This document shows positions 22,585 through 36,453 of a stretch of 64,000 nucleotides of DNA, piece by piece. Below the pieces are notes generated by a model that had not been told where the DNA came from, ran no database searches, and saw nothing but the letters and a program-made list of their open reading frames with translations. Source of the DNA: Moniliella sp. 'wahieum' (taxonomy: Eukaryota). A program made the translations under genes and the position numbers. Location of the stretch: contig RSEE01000005.1 of NCBI GenBank assembly GCA_003971905.1, positions 124,001-188,000 of the forward strand. The letters run 5' to 3'. Within the stretch, counting starts at the first letter, position 1. Each line of letters begins with the position of its first letter.

Positions 22585-24201
22585 CTAATCGAATGTTGTT
22601 TTCGTTCCGGCGGGCGCTGCGGCCACAGGAGCACGCTGAGCCTGAGCCAGTGCTGCGCCCGGCGCAGGACGGTGGGAAGACCCGCCCTTTTTGGCGGCCC
22701 TGGCGGCGGCACGTTCTGCCTGCGTTGGCTTGTGGGCCTTTGGCAATGGGGCTGAGGATCAAAGGGAGCTGGGGCTGGAGTTGATACCGGTTGGACATCT
22801 CCACCAGTGGCGGGTGCCCCCCATTGGCGCATGGCGGGACCGGACTCTTTCTGTTCTTGGTCTTGCTCTCGCTTCTGCATCCGTGCCGTCTTACCCAAAC
22901 GCATCGGCTTTGGCCGTTCGGTATCCAACAGACGAACAGCCTTCTTTGCCCCGCGCCGAACTGCATCGGGGGACGCATAGGCCACTTCCAATTGTCGCCC
23001 AAGAAGTCGGTGGGTGGCAGGCGCATCGATCAACGACGCCGTGGCATGCTCCAATGTGTGAAAGTCAACAAATGCCCATCCTTTGCACTTTTCGGGTGCA
23101 TCCTCAAATGTTCCCATCCGGATTTTGCGGATCCCAGCACCACGGATCTGCTTGGACCCACTCTCTTGGCAGCCTTCTTATCCTTGGTCGAGGCTTTGGT
23201 CGACGCAGCGGCCTCACCGGCCTCGTCTGCTGCTACTTCGCCATCCTTCATCTCTGAATCTGAATCAGAGTCGGAGTCCGAACCAGAATCAGCGCCTGGG
23301 CCAGATGCAGCCTGGCTCTTCCAGCGGCAGCAGCCTTCTTTTGATTCCGGTTCATCCGCTCCTCGGCTGCCCGGGTCAGCATCATTTCAATGTCGGCTGG
23401 GGTGGTCTTGAAGCTAAGGTTGCCAAAGAAGAGGGTTTCGGCGGGGGGGTGGCGCTGTTTGCGCAGGATGGCAGCTGCCGTTTTGGGCAGACCCGGGCGG
23501 GCCTTTTGGGCCTCACTCAACGCATTCTCACCGGCTTGCACCGCCGCCGAGGGAATGGGGCCGGCCGGAAAAGTCGCCGGCCGACTTGATGAGGAGCTTA
23601 CGTCCGTCCAGCATCAACTCCGACATGCGAATGCCAATCTCCACTTCAGCCTGGGAAGGCACGTCGACATAGCGTACCCGCGGTTCTTTTCCCCCTTGCG
23701 CACGCCCTTGGGCATGGCCACGCGCGAAATGCCGTGGATGCCCTTATCCTCCAACCATTCCACCAGGTGCTCCGACGTGGTCTTGAACGACATGTTGCCC
23801 ACCCACAGAGCAAACGGAGACCGCGCATCTTTTTCCTTCGTGTGTCTACCTGGACTTCCGGTTCAGGCAGACCTTGTTCCGCCGCTGCGCACTCGCTTTG
23901 GCCAACTTTCTCCGTTTGCGTGCCTCCTTATGCGAGATGGCCTCTTCCTCCGTCACCTCATTTGGCTGTTCGGATTCAGCAGCTGCTTCCTCGACAGGTT
24001 CCGTTGCAGCAGCACCATCGGCGTCCGTATCGGGGGCGGGACGCTTACGCTTTTTGGCCTCTTGACCGCGGAGGTCGGGCTTGGCGGGCTTAGCGCAAGC
24101 GCCGCCTTGGCTTCGGCGCGCGCTGCCTTTTTGGCCATGCGAAGCTCCTTATTGGTCAGTGCGGGTGTGTCCGCAGATGCGGCAGGTTCAGTGTCGGACA
24201 T
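22585..24201 (-). CDS. NOP13: Nucleolar two-RRM protein, Nop13/RBM34-like
   Basis: LWVGNMSFKTT...NRGYA (RRM1); TLFFGNLSFKTT...IRMGTFEDAPEKCKGWAFVDF (RRM2); C-terminal GAALAQAQRA...GTKTTFD*. Confidence 0.85.
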
Positions 24202-24770
24202 GGTGCCTGCCGATGTTCACAAAGCGCCTGTCAGGGGTGGTGGAGGAGGGACACCCCGCGCCCCCGCCTTGCCTCCACCAAGCCAAAGCCTGCCCAAGCT
24301 GGACTAAGTTGGCCTGCTTGCTGGCCCATCCCGCCAAAAAAATAGGCTGCTCTTTGCACCGATTCCCCACTGTGCACGTGATGCATGATGTCTTTTCCAA
24401 TCTGAAATGATCACTGGTGTTGAGTTGAGATCGATGATCGGTGGGTCACCATCACGCGCATCACGTGACGAGTGGTGTTGCCACCTGAAATAAGGGAGAG
24501 GGCCGGGGTGGGCAGGTATTAATTGCGCCGTTAACCCTAGGTATATTACGCTAGGAGCCGCAAAGGGGCAGTGACCTTCCTGGCCCACAGGGTTTGTGGG
24601 CACAGGGGCGGTGTGGGGCCCGAGCCGCGCTTGGCCCGGGGTATCGAGCCGCGGGAGTGAGGTGGCCTCGCAGCCTTTCACCATCTACCCAGCTAGTCCG
24701 GAGGTCAAGGTCCGTCTTTCCTCGCGCCACGGTTGGCAGCGCTAGCTAACGTTAGCCCTTTTCTTCGCAG

Positions 24771-25191
24771 ATGTCGACCCAGGCTTCGTCCTTCAAGCGC
24801 TACGTCGAGGTGGGCCGTGTGGTGCTCATCAACGATGAGAAGTCGCCGGTCAACGGCAAGCTGGCGGTGATTGCCGAGATCATTGATGCCAACCGGGCCA
24901 TCATTGACGGGCCTACCACGGGTGGCGCGCCAGCCGTACCAGTACAAGTACTTGCTCCTGACCAAGTTTGTGGTCAAGGACCTGCCGCGCGCGGCTCGCT
25001 CCAAGGTGGTCAAGAAGTACTTCGAGAAGGCTGGTGTGGCCGAGAAGTGGGCCGCGAGCAACTGGGCCAAGACCCTTGCTTCGCGCGCTGCCAAGAAGTC
25101 CACCACTGACTTCCAGCGCTTTGAGATTACCCACCTCAAGCAGCAGCGGAGGAAGCTGCTCGGCGCGGAGCTGAAGAAGACGGCGGCCTAA
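24771..25191 (+). CDS. RPL14: 60S ribosomal protein eL14; 5'-UTR intron ~24710-24770 ends immediately before the ATG
   Basis: [13 protein letters not shown]...[20 protein letters not shown]...[12 protein letters not shown]...TTDFQRF with one frameshift. Intron GTCCGT...GCTAAC...TTCGCAG|ATG. Confidence 0.96.
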
Positions 25192-25569
25192 CCATTCTTG
25201 ACTACCCCTGTCAAGAAACATTCCCGTTGCCCCCTCTCTCTTTGCCCGTCTGCTGGGAACGTACCGCTGCCGTCCCGAATGAATGGACGTGGTGGCTGTC
25301 TCCCAACCGAGTATGGCACTACTTGACGTGACCGTTGATCACGGATGTGGTGTATGCTCATTCCACCCGCCTTTTGTCTCCGACTTCAGGCGACAAAAAC
25401 CTACTCAATTCATTGAGGACGCCTCTCATGGCGTTCATATGATGTCGATGCAGGGCGATTTCCCTGTGATATCTATAGCGTCTGGACAGATAGGGACGCA
25501 TACACTAGTAACGATGTCCGAATTACGTGGGATGGCAGTGTCGGTTGCAGTCGATCGAACAAGGGTGAT

Positions 25570-26696
25570 TTAGGCCCCAAACTTGGTCCCGGTAATCTTC
25601 TCGAACGCCTGGGCATAACGATCCCGGGTCGCCGCAATGATCGTGTCCGGCAGCAAATGGGTTTCCCACCGGCCGGCTGCTTGTCAGGGCCAATGAGTTT
25701 CGTCTCCAACAACCAATCGCGCACAAACTGCTTGTCAAACGAGGTCTGGGACCGGCCCACAGCATACGTGGCGGCATCCCAAAAGCGGGAGCTGTCGGGT
25801 GTCAGCACCTCATCCACCAGAATCAGCACCTCTTCCACCCCCGTTTGGGGGTTGACAAAGCTCGGTTGTGCCTGCACCAGCGGGGTCGAGGGCAGGTGCG
25901 CCCGGGGCACCAGTCCAAACTCGAACTTGGTGTCAGCCAGGATCAGCCACGGGTGGCAGCATGTTCGGCCGCCCGGGTGTAAACAGCTTTGGCCGTCTGA
26001 GCTAGGTGGGCAGCAAGTGTCGTTCCATACTCTCCTCCACCCAAGATCTTGGGACCTGGTCCGGGTGGATGTTCTCGTCATGGTCGCCCTGTTCCGCCTT
26101 TGTGGATGGGGTAAAGAGTGGGCCATTGGGGATCTTAGCGCTCTCCTCCAGCCCGGCGGGAAGGGAAATGCCATGCACCGTACCGGCACGCTTGTACTCG
26201 GCCCAGCCACTGCCAGAAAGGTAGCCACGAACAATTGCCTCAATGGGAATGACGCTGGCGCGACGCACGAGCATCGAACGGCCCTGGGCACGCTCCAGCG
26301 CACCGGCCGACTTGTTCAGAGTTTCCTTGAGAGCGGTAGGGAAGGTTGACACAGAGGTGCTGAGAACGTGGGACGGCACAATTCCATCCTTGTGGAGGTG
26401 AGCAGGTCAAACCAAAAGGTAGAGATGCCAGTCAAGATCTCCCTTGGATGGGACACCCTACATAAATGAATTAGTGTCTCCTTCTCGTACTGATAAGGGG
26501 GGGGGGGGGAAGGACGCACGTTGTCCATCAGAACATCAAAGGCACTGATGCGGTCCGAGGCAACAAATAGCAAGGGTGCTTCGGCGCCCTGTTCACCCTG
26601 CAGCACGGACTTTGTGTCGTATACGTCGCGCACCTTTCCCCGAGCTAGAAGCGGTAGGGGCAAGTCGCTCTGCAAGACAGCGGCGGGCAGACCCAT
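25570..26696 (-). CDS. ADE1: SAICAR synthetase
   Basis: [93 protein letters not shown]. Confidence 0.97.
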
Positions 26697-27096
26697 GTTG
26701 GACGTTGTGATGGTAGGGGAGGGAACGGAGATAAAGCTACGCAAGCGAAGACAAAAATGAATTTGCTGCACGTGCTGAGGTAAGGGCGCACGTGCCATTG
26801 GCGCCTAAGGCCTAAGGCCTAATTGATGATTGCCACCCGAACTAGCAGTTCCTCGTGCGTGATTCGCGTCACGCGTCATGAGTTGCAAGCTCCCTCCAGT
26901 TGGCTCATCACAACGACTGAGAGTTTTGGTATACAAGGGCATACATCCCTTTCCAACATCTCTCGACATCGATGTACCCCGTAGACGCAGATGGGTTCGA
27001 GCAAGGGTGCCTCCATCGATTCCCCGCCACATGACAGATCCATGTCCCACATTCAACTCTCAATCATCAACATCAAAGCATTCAACATTCGCATGG

Positions 27097-28237
27097 TCAC
27101 ACCAGTCCAGCCTCTTGATGAGCCCGCTCAACGTACAAAACGGGGTCAATGCCGGCCTTGTCCAAAAGGACCGAGCGAACAAACGTCTGGACCTCCTCTT
27201 GCTCCGCTGGGTCGCTGGCTGGACCGGTAAAGGATTTGTCCTTCAAAGGTACCCGCACCCCCAAAGGCCCGAGTGTCGTCTCGTCTCCCTTCCACTTGAG
27301 CTCGTCCACCTTGGGTGAAGTGGCGGCGCACAAAGGCGCCCGGGACCCTGCTCAACCGTGACGTAGAAAGGCGTGGCAGCGGTCAAGATCAGCCAGGTGG
27401 TCCAGCTGATATTGGGGCTGTGGCGGAAAAAGTAGGTACCCACGGACCCGGGGTGGAGAGCTAACGCAGTCACTTTGATTCCTGCTTGGCGCAGAGAGCG
27501 CGACAGGGAGGCCGTCCAGGAATTATGGCAGCTTTGCTGATACCATACCGTCGCCACGAGGCAAAAACATCGATCCATGCAGGGGCTGGAGCCAGGCGTG
27601 TTTCGTACTCTTTTAACGCGTGGGGCCGCTTATTGCAGCCATGGCGCTGGAGATGTTAACGATTCGGGGGGAAGAAGAAGCATATTCGGAGCGAGCCCCT
27701 GTGCGCGCGAGCAAGGGGAGTAAGAGGTACGTGAGCGCTGCAGTTCCGATCAAGTTGACACCAATGTTGTTTTCGAGACCTTGTTGCGTCAAGGCATGCT
27801 CCTGCAGACCGACCGCAGCATTGTTCAGGAGGATGTCGAGACGGCCGGAGGGGCCGCCTTGTTCCTGCGGAGCAAGCACTTGGGCGGCACATCCTTTGAT
27901 GCTCTCCAGGTCGCTGAGGTCGAGCTGAACCAATGAAATGCGCTGGCGCACTTCAGGCGAGGACCAAGTGCGCGACGCGAGCGCTTGCTCACCCCTACTC
28001 AGGGTGCGAACTGCAGCGTATACGCGGGCCCCACGCTCAGCGGGGGTGGGTTAGTTCGAGACCGATCCTGCGGAGAAGGGAAGATGTGTTAGAATAAGGT
28101 GGGCGAGGAATATGAGAAGGAGAAAAGACACGATAGACTACCACACACCCTCGATTCGAGCCGGTGACGAGGGCCACCTTGCCTGAAAGGTCGGGCACGT
28201 CGGCCAGGGAAAAAGCGGCAGGAGTCTCAGAGGTCAT
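27097..28237 (-). CDS. Short-chain dehydrogenase/reductase (retinol dehydrogenase-like)
   Basis: VPDLSGKVALVTGSNRG/IG, VQLDLSDLESI, RLDILLNNAAV, GVNLIG, PRIVNISS, YQQS (YxxxK region) and ALHPGSVGT. Confidence 0.9.
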
Positions 28238-29133
28238 AATGTGTCTGGAATACGAAGTGTGTCGGGGGGAGGCGCAAGAGAAAAACGGGAATAAACAGAT
28301 GTGTCGATGAAGGTGGTGGCTCTCCGGGTGTGGGACAAGAAAGAGAGGGGGGGAGTACATGGCGGCCGAAGATTTATATGCGCGTCGGGGTTAGTGGCGT
28401 GCCGGACGTAAGACCGGAGGAACCCAAGGGGTGGGTGAAGAACCTTTGTAAATGTAGAGTAAGCAATCGCGATGGTGGTGGTTGGGTCTAAGCCTTATGC
28501 CACACCTAAAGGAGACAGGGGTTCAAACAAGCCTGAGTATGCACGTGGAGGCTTCGGAGGTCAAATCAGAGGCGAAGGGTGATGAGGCACCTTGGCCTAA
28601 ATACGGGACCGCGGATCCCAACGCCGGATACACTGTTCTCTCAATCTCCTTCTGCAGCTACGGAGAGGACGGGGAGAACGCCGCGGGAAATGGCGCAATA
28701 GTAGTAAGACCCACATGTTCGTGTATACTCCGAAGTGCCAGCCCTCGACTGTGGAGAGCACAGACCCTCTGAGCTTGACTCTTCCAGGTTTAAGCGCCAA
28801 ACGTCAGAGCTTCAGATGTTTTTCGGACCGTTCACGAAGCATTTTCGGGGTTCGCCAAGGGATGTCTGGGTCGTGCTGGTGGGGGCTGGAGGCCAGAGAC
28901 GCATTGTGGCAGTATACCGAACGAGGAGAGCCCCGCGGCCATTGCAACGATTGTAATGACGTTCGCTGGCGGCTCGAATTATTATGTGGGGCACACCAGC
29001 CCTTCAACTTCAAACGTTCAATATCCAACGCCCTCCGCTTACCTCAGCCAGCCCCATCTTCCTGGCAACATTCTTGTTGGCTCCAGCCATCCCCGCCGGG
29101 ACGGCGACGCTGACACCGACATCGACGACGACC

Positions 29134-30590
29134 ATGTCGTGCGGGTGCGTTTCTCGGACGGTGCGTGCACGAGCCGGCGCGCTGGCCAGGGCGCCCTCGC
29201 ATCTGTCGCCCACATCCCCGCTCCTCGCTACCTTACCTCTTCCACACCCGTGGCTGGCAAGAGCATCCGCCGCTTTGCCAAGAAGGACCGCACCATTGTC
29301 AAAGTATCCGACCACATGATCCGTGAGGCTGGCCCACCCATCAAGTGGACCACCGAGTCCGACTTCCGGCGCGAACCGCAGCCCCGCCTCCTTCGGTGGA
29401 ATACAACGCTGCCCACGCAACGCCAACCAGCCTTCATGGCATCTTCCACTGGCCGGACGCTTGTCCTCGTCCTTCTCCACCCTTCGGTCGTACAAAGCCC
29501 GCGGCAAGGAGGTGAGTACCCTCCCTATAATATGTCATTGGGCGTGACATTGACGCTTGTGCACAGGACAACCCCGATTTTCTCGTCCCTGGGTCTACCG
29601 CCCACACTACTACGAGATGGCCGGGACCATTAACAAGGCCTTCGCCCAGGACCCGACTGCGCCCCGTGACCATTCGGCCTTGCTTCTAATGGGCCCCGCA
29701 GGAACAGGGAAGTCCCACCTTCTCGCTTACGCTATTGGCCACAGCAAGTCCAAGGGGGCGGTGGTCGCGTATACGCCCAAGGCTGACACACTCTCCATGA
29801 GTCGGAACGAGTACGTGTACAGCCCGGCGCTGCAGGCGGGTGTGTGCTGCCTAAGCGGGTGGATGACATTCTATTGGATCTACAAAAGACCAACAAGGAC
29901 GTTCTGCCAGATGTGCAGACGATTACCTACCCTGGGCTGGAGTTTGGGGCGGGCAAATCGGTTGCCGCACTGATCCAGGAAGTTGTCAAGGAAGGCGTTT
30001 CCCCGACGCGCAAGCAGGAAGGCCTCGAGCTTATCTTCCGCTCGCTCATCGCCCAGGACAAGGTTCCATTTGTGTTTGCTCTGGACGAGGCGGAGACGTG
30101 CTTTACCCCGACGGAGTACAAGGACCCTAGTTTCCATACCCTCCAGTCGTGGGAGTTTGCCCTGCAGCGCTTTTTCCTTCAGATCTTTAAGGACAATGCG
30201 CGTTCGGCCGATCCAAGCGCCGAGCTGCGGATCAAAAAGGGGCTTGCGATTGCAGCTCAATCCTATGCGCCGTCGTGGTTCCGCATGGCGTATCACTTGC
30301 TCCTCCAGGTCCACGATCAGAAGGCGGGAACGATCTGGGAGGTCTATGACAAGAGGCTCAAGCCCGAGCATGTGGCCCACGCCAAGGCATGTGAGTTTAC
30401 TGTGTTCAACACAGAGCGAGTCATTACCGTGCCCGAGGCGCTGGCGTTCAAGGAAGTGGCAGGCACCAAGATGGTGGGCGGGATGACGCAGGACGACCTG
30501 CGTGCGCGCCTGGTAGAGAGCCAGGGCAACCCCAAGCGTCTGCTGGGAGCACTGCACTCGACTATGTTCCATCTGGGGGCGACGGCCTAA
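29134..30590 (+). CDS. RSM23: Mitochondrial small-subunit ribosomal protein mS29 (DAP3/Rsm23)
   Basis: Basic presequence-like N-terminus, P-loop LLMGPAGTGKSHLL, VPFVFALDEAETCFTPTEYKDPSF, LVESQGNPKRL. GTGAGT intron ~29512-29566. Confidence 0.8.
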
Positions 30591-31192
30591 GCGAATGAAT
30601 GTGGCCACTGCAAATGAGGATGGCGTTAGGCCGGGAGTGACGGGGACTGCGTTGGGCTACTAGTTGCTAGTTGTGTTACTAACGCAGAAGAAACACCAAT
30701 GAATGACATTTCATTCCATGTCATCATTCCATGTGAGCATCTTCAAGCTAGCTTCAAGATCATCCGGCCTGCCGTCGGCGGTGCTTCTTGCCCATACAGG
30801 CTAGGGTTGCTAGGGTTGGCGTGTGCACACTGGCGCAGTGCTCAAAGGCCCCAGCGGCTGGTCTGTGCTCCTGCACATGCTTCAACGCTCCAGTCATGAA
30901 GCTTGAAGCAGCAACCGCGAGCTTCCGGCTGGCAGTCCACCTCCACTAGCGCCATTGCCACCGCCACTGCCCACCATCGCCATCGCCATCGCCATCGACC
31001 TCACCATAATCACCGACATCGTCATCACAACACCGCTTCTCCTGCCATCGGAATCGCTTTCTTAGCCTGACTGGCCTGCACCGCCCGCTACAACCGCCGA
31101 TCGTGCTGTACCTGGCGCTACCAACGCCTGCGCTCTTTTCCCTTACCCCCACTACTGTGCCTTGAGCCCGCCAGCCTGCGGGCACCACGCCG

Positions 31193-34100
31193 ATGGCAAA
31201 GAAGAAGAAGCCTACCCTCAAGGCGCCTCCTGGCATCAACCGTGGGTTTGCGACCACGTCGGTTCCCAAGAAGGCAGCTGCACAACCCCCGTCCGCCGCG
31301 GCTCCAGCTCCATCTACCCGCCCTCAAGGCAAGGACACTGCCGCGCCCGCCTCAAATGACAAGGAAAAGGGCAAGGACGCACCCTCTTGCCAGACGTTGT
31401 ATGGTTTCGATGAAGACGATACTGAGCAGCAGCTTCTGCAAGACTTGGTGAACCAGTACTGGGACAAAGCCGATAAGGAAATTGCCAAATTGTGGAAGGT
31501 GCGTTGGTCTTCCGTGGTGATGTTCTCTTCTCCCAACTGACCGAATTTGAACCCGCCGTACAGACGCTGGCGTTTGACCGTCTTCAGGCTGACTCGCTCT
31601 TGTCCTTTGACCTCGAGCCCGAACTACAGGAGGAACTGCTGGACCTTGTATCGTACCTATCGTGTGCCAGAGGCGGAGGATAAGGACAAGCCTGTTGAGG
31701 AGGAAAAGGACACATCTGCTAATGGAAGTAATGAGAAGCCCAAGCAAGGCGACACTCCGCTTTCAGCCCAAGCTGCCGAATTCGTTCCTGGTGCTGTCGT
31801 ATCCACCGAGACTGTGGCAGCTGCTGCAGAGCCGGAGACTGCAACTGTGCCTCCTCACCCACCGGCACCCGAGTGGGAGACGCTTCCGCCTCCGCCGCTG
31901 AAGGATGCGACCCAGCCGCTGGACAAGGCTTTGTCCCGTGCGCTCGTCACGCGCGGCCTCCTACTCAAGCTTGGCTATTCTCAAGAGCAGACCGAAATGG
32001 CACTGCGCAACGCACCTCGGTTCGAGTTAGAGGACTGCTTGACCTACCTCGCCCTCCGTCTGTCCGAAGAGGAGCTGGAAGCAGCGACCAAGGCAATGGA
32101 AAGCGCCAGTCCAGGGGCTGGGACTGGGGAAGAAGATGAGGCAGTGTTGGATCGCAGTATCCCCCCCTCCCATCCGGCGTATATGTTCCAGCGCACGATC
32201 ACCAAGGCCAGTGAAGCGAAATTTGTGCCTTCGCCTGCCCCCGCAGTTGAGGGGGAGGGAGCACAAGAGCAGGAAGGGAAAAAGAAACGGACGATTCAGC
32301 CTCCTTCGGACGAGACCATCATCCTTCCGATGTTCCGGGTGAGGGAGCTGCTCAAGCATGCGCTTTCTCTTGCAAATGAAGCTCAAGCCCACCTCACCGA
32401 TGAGGAGGGAGAGTTGGATGTAATCACTGCCGGCGCAATCAAGGCCTGGGTGGCAACCAAGATCTGGACCAATAAGGTGGAGGAGGTGTATGCCCAGATG
32501 AAGCGCGCGCTCGGCCAAGCCCACTTGCTCAACCCGCAAGGGGTTGGATTCGAGACGGCCAAGGTTGTTCGGCAAGTCCATGGCAGTCTGTATGCGCGAA
32601 TCGCCGAGGCGGAGAAGGTGCCTCGCTTCAACACTACGGCGGCCGAGAGTGTCTTGACTGCAGCCCTGGGGAAGCAGCGTGCCAATGACCGCCCTCGTGC
32701 TGGGAAGGAGAATTGGGAACAAATCATCGCATTTGCCGAGCAAGAGGCGGCGGAGAAGAAGAAAGAGACAGAGGAAGCGGCAGCGGCTAAGTCGGTTGCT
32801 GAGGATGCTACGCAACCCCCCGCTTCTGAGGAGGAGGCGTCTTCCTCATCCCAGGAAGGAGGGAACAACAAGTCTAGCCCCGATTCAGTTGCACCCGCCT
32901 CCAAGCCGGAGGAGGATGAGGAGGGACTGGGAAGAATGTTCCAAGATCCCGGGGACGCAAGCAAGGACAGCGAGCCCCAAGCAACAGTGACAGTACGCAA
33001 GATGCCCCCCAAAACCAAGAATGGAGGAAACCCCCCAGAGTCTACTGCTACAGACCTTGCGTCGGCTCGATCCCACGGCAACGGCCAAGTACGAGACACT
33101 GAATGGACCAGGCCGCTTCTTCCGCAGTAAGTTGACGGTGCAGTGGACGGGTCCTCATGTGGCATCGGCTCAAGCGGCCCTTCCCATCTCTCAACGGCGT
33201 GCTCCCGACATGGTTTTCATCGACACGTTTGCCATGACAGGCGAGTGTGCCGAATCCAAGGAGCAAGCCCATGACTTGACCGCTACTCTGGCTCTCAACT
33301 GCATTGAACAAGACCGTCCAGTTCAGCGGATGCTCAGCGCAGGCTACCGTGAGTGGTGGGATCAGATTGAGAATTGTCGTTCGCGGGAGCGGAGCACGGC
33401 GGCGCGCCAGACCTTGGCCGGATCAAAGACTTGGTTGAACCGCGGTTGGTTGAGGCGCCTGCCCTCCTCCATCTACTGCACCCCCGTCAAAGCCAAGCCC
33501 GCGGCGGATGAGGGACAAACCACGCTTTCTCTCCAATCCAAGCGCCCGAGCGAACGTACGACGGCACGCCTGCGCGAAGCGCTCGAGACGCGTCAAGCCT
33601 CCCCTGCGTACGAGGCGATGCGGCCTGCCGGGCGCAGTTGCCCATTTATGCTTATCGCGATCACATTCTCGACATTCTCGACCACAACCAAGTGTTTGTC
33701 TTATCAGGCGAGACGGGTTGCGGTAAGTCGACGCAAGTGCCTGCGTACATTCTCGAGCATTGCTTGGGCCGCTCCCAGCCGTGTAAGATTTACTGTACCG
33801 AGCCGCGTCGGATTTCGGCCATCTCGTTGGCCGAACGTGTATCGGCCGAGTTGGGCGAAGCCAAGCATGCAGTGGGTACCGCAGAGAGTCTGGTCGGATA
33901 TGCGATCCGCCTGGAGAGCAATGTCGGCCGGGATGCACGCTTGATCTACGCCACCAACGGTATTGTTCTTCGGATGCTTGAAGGTGACGGCTTCAAGGAC
34001 ATTACCCACATCATTATCGATGAGGTTCATGAGCGTTCGATCGAGTCGGATTTCCTCTTGATCATCCTCAAGAGCCTGATGGCGGCCAAGCCCGAGCTCA

Positions 34101-36141
34101 AGGTTGTGCTCATGTCCGCTACTTTGGATGCGGAGCGGATTAGCGCCTACTTTGGTGGCTGTCCTACCCTCTCGGTTCCCGGACGTACATTCCCCGTGCA
34201 AGTGGAGCACCTCGAGGACGCGGTGGAACTGTGCAAATATGTGGTAGAGCCCAACTCGCAGTACGAGCGGAGGGACGTGAACAAGAACGGAATGTCTGCC
34301 GCGCAGAAGAAGAGCAACCTGGCCAAACTGAAGCGCAGCAAGGACCTTGATGAAGACGTGGACGATGGAGAAGGAGATGGGGAAGAAGAGGAAGATGCAG
34401 CGGCACTGGCCTCCAGCTCGGGTTCGGGAGAAGGCCGCGTCTACTCGCCGAAGACGATTGAGATGATTGATCGGATGAACCAGAATGTGGTCAATCACGA
34501 GTTGATCGTCAAGCTTCTGGAGCAGATCTGCTTTGATACGCCCGAGTACCAGCGGTTCAGCAAGGCCGTGCTCGTTTTTATGCCGGGGTTGGCCGACATT
34601 CGTGCCCTGCACGACGTGTTGATTGGGCATCCGCGCTTTGACCGCGGCTTCCGCATTTACCCGCTCCATTCGTCGCTAAGTAGCGATAGCCAGCAACAGG
34701 TGTTTGAGGTTCCACCCGAAGGGACGCGCAAGATCGTCATCTCGACCAACATTGCTGAAACAGGTGTGACGATCCCGGACGTGACGTGCGTTATTGACTC
34801 GGGGCGGCATCGGGAGATGCGGTTTGATGAGAAGCGCCAAATTTCGCGGTTGGTCGACTGCTTCATTGCCAAGTCCAACGCCAAGCAGCGCCGTGGCCGT
34901 GCGGGCGTGTGCAGGAGGGATTGTGCTTCCATCTATTTACCAAATTCCGGTATGAGCACCACATGGAGGAACATCCACTTCCTGAGATGCTGCGCTTGTC
35001 GCTTCAAGATCTGGCACTCAAACTCAAGGTCATGAAAATCAAGATTGGCACGTCGATTGAGAATGCCTTGTCGCAAGCACTCGATCCCCCAACGGCTGTC
35101 AATGTGCAGCGGGCTGTCGCCGCGCTGGTCGAGGTCAAGGCGCTCACGACAACTGAGGAGATCACTCCGCTCGGCCGGCACCTGAGCAAGCTTCCGCTCG
35201 ATGTGCACATGGGCAAGTTCCTCCTTGTCGCCACGTCGATGCGATGCCTAGATGCGGCCCTGACCATCACAGCGGCGCTCAACGCCAAGTCGCCCTTTGG
35301 GCCGCTAGGGAAGGAGAATCGTGCGGATGCGGCCAAGCAGGGCTTCAAAATTGCCGACTCGGACCTGCTGACGGTGGCGAATGCGTTCAACAGTTGGAAA
35401 CGTGCGGTGGGGAACCACGTGGGTCGGCAATTCTGCCAAAAGAATTTCCTTTCGCCCCAAACGCTGGGCGAGATGGAAGAGCTGCGGCAACAGTACTTGC
35501 TGTACCTGATCGACGCTGGATTCGTCTCGGTCCCGGGAGGTGCACGGAAAGAGCTGGCGCGGGTGCGGGTGCGCGGGTGGGGTCGGCCGCGGTTTACGGC
35601 AGTGCCGCCGGCATACAACGAGTATGGCTCCAGCGCCAGTATCATCCATGCGGCCGCGGCGGCAGGGCTGTACCCCAAGGTGGTGGCGCTCGAAAAGAGC
35701 ACGAATGCGATGCGCACGATTGGCAGCCAGCAACCGATCGCAATCCACCCGGGCAGCGTGAATGCACGCCGGCGGCTGGGGGACGAGTTGCCGTCGAGCG
35801 TGCATCACTTGCTGTACTTTACGCTGCTGCGCAGCCGGCGGTTGTATGCGTGCGAGACGGCGCCGCTGGACGACCGGGCGCTGTTGCTGATGTGTGGGGA
35901 GGGGGAGCCACGGCTGGGGGCGCTGACGCTGGTGCTGGACAAGAAGGTGCGAGTGCGGTTGGGCAGCCTGCGGTCGCTGGTGCTGCTCCTGGCTCTGCGC
36001 GAGCAGCTGGGGCGCTTGCTGCGCAACTCGTTCCGCAACCCAGGCCAGGCCTGGAGTCCCCGCCAAGAATGGTTCTTTGCCGCTGCCATTCGCCTGCTCG
36101 GCATGGGCACCCCCGGCGACGCTCAGTTGCGTCCGGCGTGA
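31193..36141 (+). CDS. DHX29: DEAH-box RNA helicase, DHX29-like
   Basis: N-terminal MAKKKK...NRGFATTSVPKK; GETGCGKSTQVP, TEPRRISA, IIDEVHER, MSAT, STNIAETGVTIPD, QRRGRAG; HA2 segment ITPLGRHLSKLPLDVHMGK. Confidence 0.92.
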
Positions 36142-36453
36142 GTGCTGTTCGTGGGAGCGGCGTGACGAACGTACGGGCAGAGCGGCCGCACCTTCACGCC
36201 CTCCACTTCTCCTCCCACCCCCGCTTCCAACCTCGTCATGAGGTCATGCCTCATGTCAAATGCATTTTATCGCTTGCCAGTCTATGCATACAACTAGGTC
36301 CTTTTCGTGGCCAGTTCCCTCATTCAGTTTACACTCACGGAGATGTAAGGCACATGTAGTACAATTCACACAGCATATATACATTTCTGTTGCTTTTTTG
36401 TAGACAGACTTGCTGATCAACGCGACGTCGCCAGAGACTGGGGCTTCTGGTTT

